Origin: Planctomycetota bacterium
GTDB taxonomy: Bacteria > Planctomycetota > PLA2 > JAEUHO01
Assembly: GCA_965222115.1 (NCBI GenBank)
Contig: CBDCTJ010000007.1
Coordinates: 2,432,001-2,496,000, forward strand
Reading direction: 5' to 3'
DNA length: 64,000 bases
Below the pieces are notes generated by a model. The model made no database searches. It worked only from the letters and a program-made list of their open reading frames with translations, and had not been told where the DNA came from. Below are positions 27,879-37,180 of this stretch, one piece after another. Position 1 is the stretch's first letter, and the number at the start of each line of letters is the position of its first letter. A program made the position numbers and the translations under genes.

Positions 27879-29549
27879 ATGGAGCCCGAAGACGTCCGCT
27901 ACCTCGCTGCTTTTGACAGCTTCCGCTTACCGCAACACCTCACCGACGTATTGGTGATCGGCACGGGCGTGGCGGGCTACTCAGCGGCGCTTTGGGCCGC
28001 ACGTGGCGGCGCGCGCGTCATGGTGTTGGCCAAAGGCGAGCCGGGCGAAAGCAATACCGCCTACGCGCAGGGAGGCATCGCGGCGGTGCTCGCCGATGCC
28101 AAGAGCCGCAGTGATTCTCCCGAGGCTCATGCCGCCGACACAATACGCGTAGGGCACGGCCTGTGCGACGCTACGGTTGTCGAACGCGTCGCGCGCGAAG
28201 CGGCGGATCGCGTCGCGCTGCTTCAGGAACTCGGTGCGGCGTTTGACCTCAATGAAAAGGGCGTGTTGGCACGCGGACTCGAAGGTGGACATAGTCGGCC
28301 ACGTATTCTTCATGCGCGCGGTGATGCAACCGGCGCCGAGATTCGCGATGTGTTGGCCAATGCCGTGACGTCCCACAAGAATGTAACGCGCTGGGGCGGT
28401 GCATTTGTTGTCGATCTTTTGAGCGACGACGACGGGCGCTGTCGCGGTGCGCTTGTGTTGTCGCGCGGGCATTTGCGTTGCGTTTGGGCGAGTACGGTCG
28501 TTTTAGCAGCGGGTGGCTACGGCCAGATCTATCAAGAGACGAGTAATTATCCCGGTGCATGTGGCGATGGGGTTGCGGCCGCGTTCCGTGCTGGCTGTGC
28601 AGTGCGTGATATGGAGTTCATTCAGTTTCATCCCACCACGCTCTATCTCGCGGGTGTACCGCGTATGCTGATCACCGAAGCGGTTCGCGGTGAAGGTGCA
28701 CACATCGTGGATGGTAATGGGGAACGATTCCTAAAAGACGTTCACGAGCAGGCCGAACTTGCCCCGCGCGATGTGCTTTCGCGATCCATTCTCACTCGCT
28801 TGGCGAATCCGGAACATGGCGGGGTGTTTCTCGATCTGCGCCATTTGGATACTGAGAAGATGACGAAGCGCTTTCCGGGTGTGGCACGTTCGTGTGCGGC
28901 GCATGGATTGGATATTGGCGAGCATCGCATTCCCATTCGACCTGCCGCGCACTACACGATTGGCGGTGTGATTGCCGACATTGAGGGGCGAACGGCAATT
29001 CCTGGCCTCCTGGCGTGTGGTGAAGTGTCGTCAACGGGATTGCATGGCGCCAATCGACTCGCTAGCAACTCACTCTTAGAGGGCCTCGTTGCAGGGCGTC
29101 ATGCGGGGGAACACGCGGTTCGCGATACGCGCGGAAAGAACGTTCGACCCGTAAAGATTCGAAGCGATGTCGAGCGACCGCGCGAAGGGCGTATCGATGT
29201 GCGCGACCTGCGGATTTCGCTCAAGGCGCTCACATGGCGTGATGTTGGAATTGTTCGAAATGGCGCCGAATTGATGGGGGCAGAAGGCGCCATCACTGCG
29301 TGGGAACGATTCGCGCACCGGGTGGGGAGCGAGGAAGACACGCGTCGCCTGACGCTACTCAATATGCTCTGTGTGGCGCGCCTGGCGAGCAAAGCGGCCC
29401 ACATGCGCGAAGAAAGTCGTGGCACACACTTCCGTCTGGATTACAAGAAGCGGGACGACAAGGCGTGGCTTGGACATATCGTTCACGTGCGCGGCGAAGG
29501 AACACGATTTGAACGAATGCAGTCAGCAGACGACGGAAGCCGTGCATGA
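27879..29549 (+). CDS. nadB: L-aspartate oxidase
   Basis: IGTGVAG, SNTAYAQGGIA, EFIQFHPT, ELAPRD, GLHGANRLASNSLLEG. Confidence 0.93.
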   Translation: MEPEDVRYLAAFDSFRLPQHLTDVLVIGTGVAGYSAALWAARGGARVMVLAKGEPGESNTAYAQGGIAAVLADAKSRSDSPEAHAADTIRVGHGLCDATVVERVAREAADRVALLQELGAAFDLNEKGVLARGLEGGHSRPRILHARGDATGAEIRDVLANAVTSHKNVTRWGGAFVVDLLSDDDGRCRGALVLSRGHLRCVWASTVVLAAGGYGQIYQETSNYPGACGDGVAAAFRAGCAVRDMEFIQFHPTTLYLAGVPRMLITEAVRGEGAHIVDGNGERFLKDVHEQAELAPRDVLSRSILTRLANPEHGGVFLDLRHLDTEKMTKRFPGVARSCAAHGLDIGEHRIPIRPAAHYTIGGVIADIEGRTAIPGLLACGEVSSTGLHGANRLASNSLLEGLVAGRHAGEHAVRDTRGKNVRPVKIRSDVERPREGRIDVRDLRISLKALTWRDVGIVRNGAELMGAEGAITAWERFAHRVGSEEDTRRLTLLNMLCVARLASKAAHMREESRGTHFRLDYKKRDDKAWLGHIVHVRGEGTRFERMQSADDGSRA

Positions 29550-30874
29550 AAATTGATCGCGGACCCAAGGTTCGGCGCGGTGGGGGAGATCGCGAGAAAG
29601 CGATCCTCGTGGGACTCAAGTTGCCAGGCGATCCTGTGTCGTATCAAAAGCCCCTTGATGAACTCGAACGACTGGCCGATACTGCCGGCGCCGACACCGT
29701 AGACAAAATTGTGCAGTCGCGTGACCGTCCCGATGCCAAGACCTATATTGGGAAGGGCAAAGCCGAGGAAATCGGTGAGTTGCTGGTCGCCACGGGCGCA
29801 GATCTCGTGATCGTCGATCACGACTTGAGTCCGTCGCAGGCACGCAACCTTGAGAAGGTCATCAAAGGACGCGTGATTGACCGCACCGAGTTGATTTTGG
29901 ACATTTTCGTGCGTCGTGCGAGTAGTGCGATGGCCAAGGCGCAAGTTGAGTTGGCGCAGATGCAATACAGTTTGCCTCGCCTAAAGCGCTTGTGGACGCA
30001 CCTCAATCGGGAGGTGGCAGGCGGACGCGTAGGGATTGGTGTTCGTGGGCCGGGTGAAAAGCAGATTGAGACTGACCGGCGCCTCGTGCGGAGGCGAATT
30101 CGAGACCTGCAACGTGGACTGAAGGAGATGCAAAAGCATCGCGTGCTCCAAACCAAAGCACGCGACAAGTTCTTTACGATCTGTTTGGTGGGTTACACCA
30201 ACGCGGGTAAGAGCACCCTGTTGCGTGCATTGACCGGCGCCGACGTGTTCATTCAAGATCGGCTGTTTGCAACGCTCGATACCACCACGCGGGCCTGGGA
30301 AATTGCACCGGGCCGCAAGGTATTCTTGTCGGACACGATTGGTTTCATCCGCGATCTGCCCCACCATCTCGTGAGTAGTTTCCTGGCAACGCTCGAAGAA
30401 GCGCGGCGCGCGGATCTCCTTTTGCACGTGGTGGATGTCGCCGATCCGGATGCACTGGAACACGTCGATGTCGTTCAAGAGGCGCTGTATTCGATTGGTG
30501 CCAGTGCGGTGCCGCGCATTACGGTGCTCAACAAGATCGATCGTCAGCGTGATCCCGTAACGCTAAGGTTGCTCGAGGAGCAACGCGCGTCGTGCGTGCG
30601 CACCAGCGCACAAACGGGCCGCGGCATAGACGAGCTACGAGACGCGGTGTATGGCTACGTCACGCGACACCACGTCAACCTCACCCTTTCGGTCTCCGCA
30701 GGCCGGGGCAAGTTGCTCACGCAAATACGGGAGTGGGCCGAAGTTGACGCCATTCGCTATGACGGCGACGACGCCATCCTCGACGTCCGCATCGACCGTC
30801 CCCATGCCCGCCGCCTCCAGGAGATGGGCGTCCGCGTCCTTGAAGGTGCGGAGCAAATCGCCCTCTCCGAGTAG
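29546..30874 (+). CDS. hflX: Ribosome-splitting GTPase HflX
   Basis: GPGEKQIETDRR, GYTNAGKST, LFATLDTT, DTIGFI, NKID. Confidence 0.96.
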   Translation: MKIDRGPKVRRGGGDREKAILVGLKLPGDPVSYQKPLDELERLADTAGADTVDKIVQSRDRPDAKTYIGKGKAEEIGELLVATGADLVIVDHDLSPSQARNLEKVIKGRVIDRTELILDIFVRRASSAMAKAQVELAQMQYSLPRLKRLWTHLNREVAGGRVGIGVRGPGEKQIETDRRLVRRRIRDLQRGLKEMQKHRVLQTKARDKFFTICLVGYTNAGKSTLLRALTGADVFIQDRLFATLDTTTRAWEIAPGRKVFLSDTIGFIRDLPHHLVSSFLATLEEARRADLLLHVVDVADPDALEHVDVVQEALYSIGASAVPRITVLNKIDRQRDPVTLRLLEEQRASCVRTSAQTGRGIDELRDAVYGYVTRHHVNLTLSVSAGRGKLLTQIREWAEVDAIRYDGDDAILDVRIDRPHARRLQEMGVRVLEGAEQIALSE

Positions 30875-30886
30875 TCGGCCAACTCT

Positions 30887-30960
30887 CATGCGCCAAAAAT
30901 ACCTGGTATTTCTGGCGCACCGCGGAGCACGCGCCACAAAAGGCAGGCCTTTGTGGCGCG
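30887..30960. repeat. Pair of REP-like palindromes between convergent hflX and secDF
   Basis: TGCGCCAAAAATACCTGGTATTTCTGGCGCA and GCGCCACAAAAGGCAGGCCTTTGTGGCGC; homologous to 63849-63966. Confidence 0.7.
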
Positions 30961-30985
30961 GGCCATTTCTGGTGGGGCGGGTGAG

Positions 30986-33900
30986 TTAGGTGGCGGCGGG
31001 GGCGAGTTCGGAGTCGCCCTCGACCTTGTGGGTGAGTGCCCAGGGAACGAGCATAACGAGCCCGTAGACGAAGGCGATAGCACCAAACACCAGCCACCAT
31101 GCGAGCCACACAAGGAAGATCACCGGGCTGAGGATCAGGAGCAGCGGATTCTCCAGGCACTTGGCGAGCATGCCCTTGGGCGGCGCGAAGCCCTTGATCT
31201 TCTCCCACAGCCACGGCAAGTAGAGCAGCAGCGGCGACGAGATGGCGATCGTCGAATAGGTACCGATGATCGAACCCAGGATCAGGAGGAACGCGAAGCC
31301 TTCCAGCACGTTTCGTTGCCCGATGTTGAACGCAAAGAGCGCCAAACACACGAGCAAGAACGTGGCCGACGTCTTGATGGTTCGCGCCAACGTCTGATTG
31401 ATCGACAGGTTGATCAATGGTGCGTCAATATCGGGTCGCTTGCCGCGGTTCTCACGAATACGGTCAAAGATGACCACCGTGTCATTGACCGAATACCCAA
31501 CGAGCGTCAGGAACGCGGCCACCATTGCCAGGTTGATCTTGGCATCCACGATTCCGAGCGTATTGGCGATTGCCACCAAGCCGAGCGTAATGGCGACGTC
31601 GTGGAAGAGACACAACACCGCCGCAAAGCCCATCGCCCGCGAACGGAATCGAATCGCGATGTACACAATGATGCCCAGCAACGACAACACGAGTGCCAGC
31701 ATGGCGTCGTTCTTCAGTCGCTGTGCGACGCTCGAACCAATCACGTCCGTCGAACGGAATGGTGCGCTCAAGCCGAAGTTTTCTTCACTGAGCCCAGCGT
31801 TTCCTACGTCCTTTGCAATCTCGGCGCGGAACTCAGGCCCGTCCAAGTACGCATCCAGTCGATTTTGAAGATCGTGCCAGTCGCCGTCGAGCGAGTCGCC
31901 GTTTGCGGCTGTGGTCTTAATCCAAATGTCAAAGGCGTTGAGTGCAGCAATCGGCTGTTTCGCCGGGCGTACCACCACCGCGCGTTTGAGTCCCTGGACT
32001 TCACTTGGAAGCTTGGGAACGTCTTTCCCATCCTCGAACTGCCAATGCGGAAACTTGGTCTGAAGTAGTGTTTCAAGCACCGTCGGTTTGATGAGCTTGT
32101 CCGCATCACGAAATCCGATCTGCAAGTGCCATCCGCCATCGACCGCCGCGAGCGCAGGGTCGGCGCCGGCAGCGTCTTCATCGGCGGCCTTGGGGTGTTC
32201 GTATTTGGTGGGGGCCTCGAGAGACGAGTTCGGCATGAGGCGATCGTGGAGCACGCCCTCGATGTACTTCATGAACGCGCGCGACTGGAGCTCCTCGCTC
32301 AACTCGCTTTGCTTCTCATCGAACAGGCGCTGCACCTTAATTTCCGTGGAGCGCCCTTCGGTGCCCACGGCAAGAACTTGGGCACTTGGAAAGGGCCCAA
32401 CATTCAGTGTGACGGGGCGCAGCTTGTCTTCGCCCTTCTCGTCTTTGTACTCCTCCTGAATCGTGACTTCGCGGGCCTCGGAGAGCGCCTGCTTTACATC
32501 GTCGACGGATGTTGTCTTGTGAAATGCGGCCTGCGCCTTGTAGCCACCCGTGAAGTCAACGTCATACAGCGTGTACTTATCGGTCCCGGCAAAGATAACC
32601 AACCCGGTAACCACAGCGGCTACGGAGATAGGCAGGAACAGTCGACGAAGCCCAATCCAGTTGGTGCGCGGTGGCACACCGGTGCCGAGCATGCCGAGCT
32701 TCTTGAGCCAACCCTTGTGCAACATCCACTCAACGATGGTACGCGTTACGAAGATGGCCGTGAACATAGAGACCATCAGGCCGATGGCCAGCGTGATTGC
32801 GAATCCACGCACGGGACCCGAACCAAATTTGAACAGGAAGATGGCCGTAATGATGGACGTTACGTTGGCGTCGATGATGGCGCTCAGTGCGCGGTCATAG
32901 CCTTCGGACACCGCGCGGCGCAGGCTCCGGCCGCCGCGTAACTCCTCACGAATACGCTCGTTAATCAGAATATTCGCGTCCACCGCCATACCCACGGTCA
33001 ACACAATGCCGGCGATACCCGGCAGTGTGAGGACTGCCTGGAAGAACGCCAAAAAGCCCACCAGCAACACAAGGTTGAGCAGCAGCGCGATGTTGGCCAC
33101 CATGCCTGTGGCGCGGTAGTAGATGAACATGAACACAAGCACGAGCAGGAAAGCCACGATGATCGAAAGCAGGCCGCGATTTCGCGACTCACCCGCAAGC
33201 GAGGCGCCGATTCGCGTCTGCGCTTCCAGCGTGGGCTGTACTTTCAGCGAACCGGTTTGAAGCACTGTAGCAAGCTGCTCGGCTTCCTCCTGTGTCGACC
33301 GGCCAAGCGTGATTTGCACGTTGTCTCGTAGCGTTTCCTGAATCGTGGGTGCGGAGAAGTACTCCTTGTTCAGGATGATGGCCATGGGGAGCTTCTTGTT
33401 CCGACCCGTCCACTCGGCAAACACATTTTGATATTCGTTCTTGACGTTGTAGAGCACGACCCAGCCGGGATTGCTCATATCGGCTGAAGGCGCCGCAACT
33501 GGATTGACCAGGATACGGCCATCAAAGAAATAGCGGTCGCCAGGCCCGCCGGTTTCTTCAAGTACGTGAAACTCGTTGACGTTTGATCCTGGTGCCCCTT
33601 TGGACTTGACGACTCGAAAGCGTTTGTCGGACGGCTTGTATTCGATGCCCTTGTCGCGCGCTGCCTGCCAGAGTTCGACTTCCTTCTTCTTGAATGCCTC
33701 GAATCTTCGTTCGGCGGCTTCGTCTGATTCCGTGGGCGAGAGTTTCGGCCAGACTCCTTTACGCTCGGGGATTTGATCTTCCCTATTTCCGGCTCTCGCG
33801 AGGTACGTGCTGTCCGGCAATACCTCGATTTGAAACCGCAGGTCACCGAGTTGCGTAACGAGGCCCGCAATGTAGTCGGCTCGTGACGCCGCGCCCGACG

Positions 33901-34201
33901 GCAGTGAAATCTCGAACTTGTTGTCACCCAGCGGCGTGATGTTGGTCTCCGCCAACCCGGATGCGTTGATACGTTGGTCGATGACCTTGATCGTATCCGT
34001 GACGACCTTGACCGGATCGGTCGTAGGTTCAATATCTCCACGCGCAATCGCGCGTTCCAAATCGAGTGAAAATCGTAGGGTCGTTCCACCCTCCAAGTCT
34101 TGCCCGAGTTTGATTCCCGAGGCCAGGAAGGCCCAAATCAAGATGCCGGTGACCGCGAGGATGACCCAGAACCGGCCCTTTAGATCGGATTGTTCAATCA
34201 T
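30986..34201 (-). CDS. secDF: Fused protein translocase subunit SecDF
   Basis: LGQDLEGG, LTLPGIAGIVLTVGMAVDANILINERIREE, VDFTGG, GYSVNDTVVIFDRIREN. Confidence 0.95.
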   Translation of the reverse strand: MIEQSDLKGRFWVILAVTGILIWAFLASGIKLGQDLEGGTTLRFSLDLERAIARGDIEPTTDPVKVVTDTIKVIDQRINASGLAETNITPLGDNKFEISLPSGAASRADYIAGLVTQLGDLRFQIEVLPDSTYLARAGNREDQIPERKGVWPKLSPTESDEAAERRFEAFKKKEVELWQAARDKGIEYKPSDKRFRVVKSKGAPGSNVNEFHVLEETGGPGDRYFFDGRILVNPVAAPSADMSNPGWVVLYNVKNEYQNVFAEWTGRNKKLPMAIILNKEYFSAPTIQETLRDNVQITLGRSTQEEAEQLATVLQTGSLKVQPTLEAQTRIGASLAGESRNRGLLSIIVAFLLVLVFMFIYYRATGMVANIALLLNLVLLVGFLAFFQAVLTLPGIAGIVLTVGMAVDANILINERIREELRGGRSLRRAVSEGYDRALSAIIDANVTSIITAIFLFKFGSGPVRGFAITLAIGLMVSMFTAIFVTRTIVEWMLHKGWLKKLGMLGTGVPPRTNWIGLRRLFLPISVAAVVTGLVIFAGTDKYTLYDVDFTGGYKAQAAFHKTTSVDDVKQALSEAREVTIQEEYKDEKGEDKLRPVTLNVGPFPSAQVLAVGTEGRSTEIKVQRLFDEKQSELSEELQSRAFMKYIEGVLHDRLMPNSSLEAPTKYEHPKAADEDAAGADPALAAVDGGWHLQIGFRDADKLIKPTVLETLLQTKFPHWQFEDGKDVPKLPSEVQGLKRAVVVRPAKQPIAALNAFDIWIKTTAANGDSLDGDWHDLQNRLDAYLDGPEFRAEIAKDVGNAGLSEENFGLSAPFRSTDVIGSSVAQRLKNDAMLALVLSLLGIIVYIAIRFRSRAMGFAAVLCLFHDVAITLGLVAIANTLGIVDAKINLAMVAAFLTLVGYSVNDTVVIFDRIRENRGKRPDIDAPLINLSINQTLARTIKTSATFLLVCLALFAFNIGQRNVLEGFAFLLILGSIIGTYSTIAISSPLLLYLPWLWEKIKGFAPPKGMLAKCLENPLLLILSPVIFLVWLAWWLVFGAIAFVYGLVMLVPWALTHKVEGDSELAPAAT

Positions 34202-34436
34202 GATGAAACTCCATCTGCCGCTTCCGTGCGTGCAGACCATGGACGGCGGGCCGAAGCCCGACTTCGAAAGAAAGCTCTCGTAGGTTCACTGAACGACGTT
34301 CAGATTGAGATCACGCTTACGAGAATGCGCCCAACGCACACACAGCATTCGTGCATGCGGTTCGAGTCTGCCTTGGCTAGCGCGACGTGCCGCGTCGAGG
34401 CAGTTGGGGACGGGCTAAGCCCCCAATGCATGTGGA

Positions 34437-34859
34437 TCAACAGTGCAAGACGATCGACGCGAGCCGTTCAAGGTCGGTTTGGCAGCGAGAGTCAAAGCTG
34501 TCGCGCGTGGTACGCGCCGCGAGACGTGAGCCATCCAGCGCGCTCAAAGCGGCAGGCCGTTGACCAAAGAAGAATGCGTACACGCTGCTGCCGGTGAGTT
34601 CGGCTCGTACAACGGAACACGTAATGAGGCCGTCGGTAGGTTTGTCGGTACCCAGTTTGGCACTGGCCATCGCCAGCGCCGCATTGACATTCGTAATTGC
34701 CGAGGCTTCGCGCGCGCTGCTTTCACCATCATCGTTTGCTTGTGCCGGTGATAAGCCAAAGCACACGGGGCTCACGAGTGACAACATGAGGATGGAAACG
34801 AGTCCCATGCGACGCAACCATGTCTCGCGATTCGACATACGTGGTTCGGTAGTTCGCAT
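34437..34859 (-). CDS. Hypothetical exported protein between yajC and secDF
   Basis: Signal-peptide-like N-terminus; abuts the yajC stop. Confidence 0.4.
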   Translation of the reverse strand: MRTTEPRMSNRETWLRRMGLVSILMLSLVSPVCFGLSPAQANDDGESSAREASAITNVNAALAMASAKLGTDKPTDGLITCSVVRAELTGSSVYAFFFGQRPAALSALDGSRLAARTTRDSFDSRCQTDLERLASIVLHC

Positions 34860-34861
34860 CG

Positions 34862-35269
34862 TTAGGAGGTCGCCCCTTCGGTGCTTCCGCTCGTTGGGGC
34901 GGACTTTCCTGAGGTTTTACTCTCGGACCCATCCAAGACTTGCCAGATGGCGCCTTTGGTAAAGCGCATACGCACACCGCGCTTTTCATCGACCAACAAC
35001 GTCACCGAGTCATTGTCCGAGGAAACGACGGTTCCATGAATGCCCGCATTGGTAATGACCTTGGTGTGTTTCTTGATGGAAGCGACTTTGGCCTCGCGAT
35101 CCTTCTTTTCTCGAATCCCTGGGCGAATCACCAGGAAGTAGAAGATCATGAATACGATTAAGAGGGGGGCAAGTGCACCGAGAATGCCGCCGCCGGGTGC
35201 TGCGGAATCAGCCGCCATCCAGCTACCCAGGGATGCCGTTACCTTGGCTGTGGCTTGAACGCAGTGCAA
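34862..35269 (-). CDS. yajC: Preprotein translocase subunit YajC
   Basis: IFYFLVIRP, KVITNAGIHGTV; located upstream of secDF. Confidence 0.9.
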   Translation of the reverse strand: MHCVQATAKVTASLGSWMAADSAAPGGGILGALAPLLIVFMIFYFLVIRPGIREKKDREAKVASIKKHTKVITNAGIHGTVVSSDNDSVTLLVDEKRGVRMRFTKGAIWQVLDGSESKTSGKSAPTSGSTEGATS

Positions 35270-35418
35270 CGCGAAACTCCTGATACGAGCCCGTCATCCT
35301 AGGTAGACAGCACCCGAATCAGTCGAAATTGCTGCCCGCCGTGCGACGATGATCGCGCGGCGAGTCCTTCATTGCATTCACCATCTTTCGCTGCCAGATG
35401 GTCAGGGATCCAGAATCG

Positions 35419-36510
35419 ATGCGCCTGCTTGCCGCCCTCTCCGGAGGGGTTGACAGTGCTGTTGCCGCCGCGCGCGCCATTCAATCGGGCGCCGACGTTG
35501 TGGCTGTACACCTACGAACCGGCGTTGAGCAGGATGGCGCAGCGGCCGGCGGAGCCCGAAGTTGCTGCGGTGCGGACGATGCCCGCGACGCCCGGGCCAT
35601 CGCCAGCACGTTGTCGATCCCGTTCTATGTCGTGGACGTTCGCCAATCGTTTGGTCGCGTCATCGATGCCTTTGAACGCGACTATGTGGCGGGTCGCACG
35701 CCGAGCCCGTGCGTGTTGTGCAACCAGTGGGTCAAATTCGGGCGCCTGGTTGAGATTGCCCATGAACTCGGCGCGAGCGCTGTCGTTACAGGTCACTATG
35801 CGCGTACCGAAACCACGACCGACGGACGCATCCGCTTGTTGCGTGGGCGTGATCCGCGTAAGGACCAGAGTTATATGCTCTGCCGACTGAACCAAGATCA
35901 ATTGCGGGCCGCACGGTTTCCGTTGGGTGACACAATCAAAGACGACGTTCGCGACGAAGCTCGTGAGCTTGGCCTTGGCGTTGCCGACAAGCCCGACAGT
36001 CAAGAGCTCTGTTTTCTTCCCGCGGGCGGCGCCCGTGAGTACTTGGCAAAGAAGCGCGCAAACGACAATCGTCCCGGTGTGTTTGTTGACGAGCACGGGA
36101 ACGAAGTCGCGTCACACGATGGCGCGCTGGGTTACACCATGGGTCAACGTAAGGGACTGCCCGCGGTTGGAACGCCACGCTACGTAAAGGATGTGTCACC
36201 CAGCACCGGCGTCATTCGCATGGCGCCGCGGGAACACCTCATGCACAGTGAAGTCGCCGGTAGCGACGTCAACTGGATTGACTGCGATGCGCCGAAGAGC
36301 GGGTCGATCTTGCATGGGCTTCACGCACGGATTCGCCATGCCTCGCCACCGCAAGCGGGGACGCTTCACATCCAAGGCAACACTGTCACGTTTCGATTTG
36401 ACGACCCGGTGTTTGCACCAACGCCCGGACAGGTGCTCGTCGTCTATCGCGAAGACGCCGTAGTGTGTGGCGCCACGATTGAGCCGTCCGCGGTTGATAC
36501 GCAGGGCTAG
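35419..36510 (+). CDS. mnmA: tRNA 2-thiouridylase
   Basis: SGGVDS, SCC, TPSPCVLCN, TGHYA, KDQSY, DSQELCF, PGQ. Confidence 0.95.
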   Translation: MRLLAALSGGVDSAVAAARAIQSGADVVAVHLRTGVEQDGAAAGGARSCCGADDARDARAIASTLSIPFYVVDVRQSFGRVIDAFERDYVAGRTPSPCVLCNQWVKFGRLVEIAHELGASAVVTGHYARTETTTDGRIRLLRGRDPRKDQSYMLCRLNQDQLRAARFPLGDTIKDDVRDEARELGLGVADKPDSQELCFLPAGGAREYLAKKRANDNRPGVFVDEHGNEVASHDGALGYTMGQRKGLPAVGTPRYVKDVSPSTGVIRMAPREHLMHSEVAGSDVNWIDCDAPKSGSILHGLHARIRHASPPQAGTLHIQGNTVTFRFDDPVFAPTPGQVLVVYREDAVVCGATIEPSAVDTQG

Positions 36511-36679
36511 GCACGCGCGTGGTTGTGACGAACACCATGACAACGTCGGCTCTCCATCGGGCGTATAGCTGTGATGCAGGGGAACGCGCCACCATGAATG
36601 AGGCGCCTCGTGTCACTACCCCGTCTCGTTGGACGCCCGACTGTCACGCGCGTGACGAATCAATTGCCATACGCGCACG

Positions 36680-36714
36680 AACGAAAGAACCCTCCGGCGC
36701 ACCGCGCCGGAGGG
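36680..36714 (-). terminator. Intrinsic terminator downstream of hup
   Basis: Hairpin CCCTCCGGCGC/GCGCCGGAGGG followed by TTCTTTCGTT on the minus strand. Confidence 0.75.
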
Positions 36715-36796
36715 CTCGGGAAACTCAGTCCGAAACAACTCGGTCAGAAACAACATGGTCTACCCAGTTGCGGAAAGGCTATGCGTTGTGGAAAGG

Positions 36797-37072
36797 CTAC
36801 GGCTTGAGCTTTTCCTTGAGGGCTTTCCCCGCCCGGAACGTAACGCCCACGGACGCAGGGATTTGGATGCGCGCCCCGGTTTGGGGATTCGTACCCATTC
36901 GCGCTTTACGCTCGGAGCGGCGGAACGTTCCGAAGCCAAGAATGGCAACATCCCCTCCGCTCACGAGGCCGTGGGTGACGGACTCGACAAATGCGTTGAG
37001 CGCGCGCTCGGCTTCGGCCTTGCTTGAGCCCAAGCGACCTGCCATCGCCTCTATTACTTCGGCTTTGTTCAT
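36797..37072 (-). CDS. hup: HU family DNA-binding protein
   Basis: MNKAEVI, GFGTF, ARMGTNPQTG, FRAGKALK; GGAGG SD. Confidence 0.95.
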   Translation of the reverse strand: MNKAEVIEAMAGRLGSSKAEAERALNAFVESVTHGLVSGGDVAILGFGTFRRSERKARMGTNPQTGARIQIPASVGVTFRAGKALKEKLKP

Positions 37073-37180
37073 GGATCCTCCAGCGGCGCGACCCCGGTGG
37101 GGCTCGCGTGACAACCCGAATCCTAGCCAACACTTGGGCCGCGGAGCACCGGAATTCGAGACTGCCCTGAGGTCGCAGGC

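Noticed and set aside
30953-32068. 371-aa plus-strand ORF (also 32126-32941, 44523-45446, 15104-15967)
   Set aside because: Antisense shadows of well-supported genes in GC-rich DNA
36721-36799. Short direct repeats in the hup 3' UTR (GAAACAAC twice, GTTGYGGAAAGGCTA twice)
   Set aside because: Too short to support an ncRNA or binding-site call
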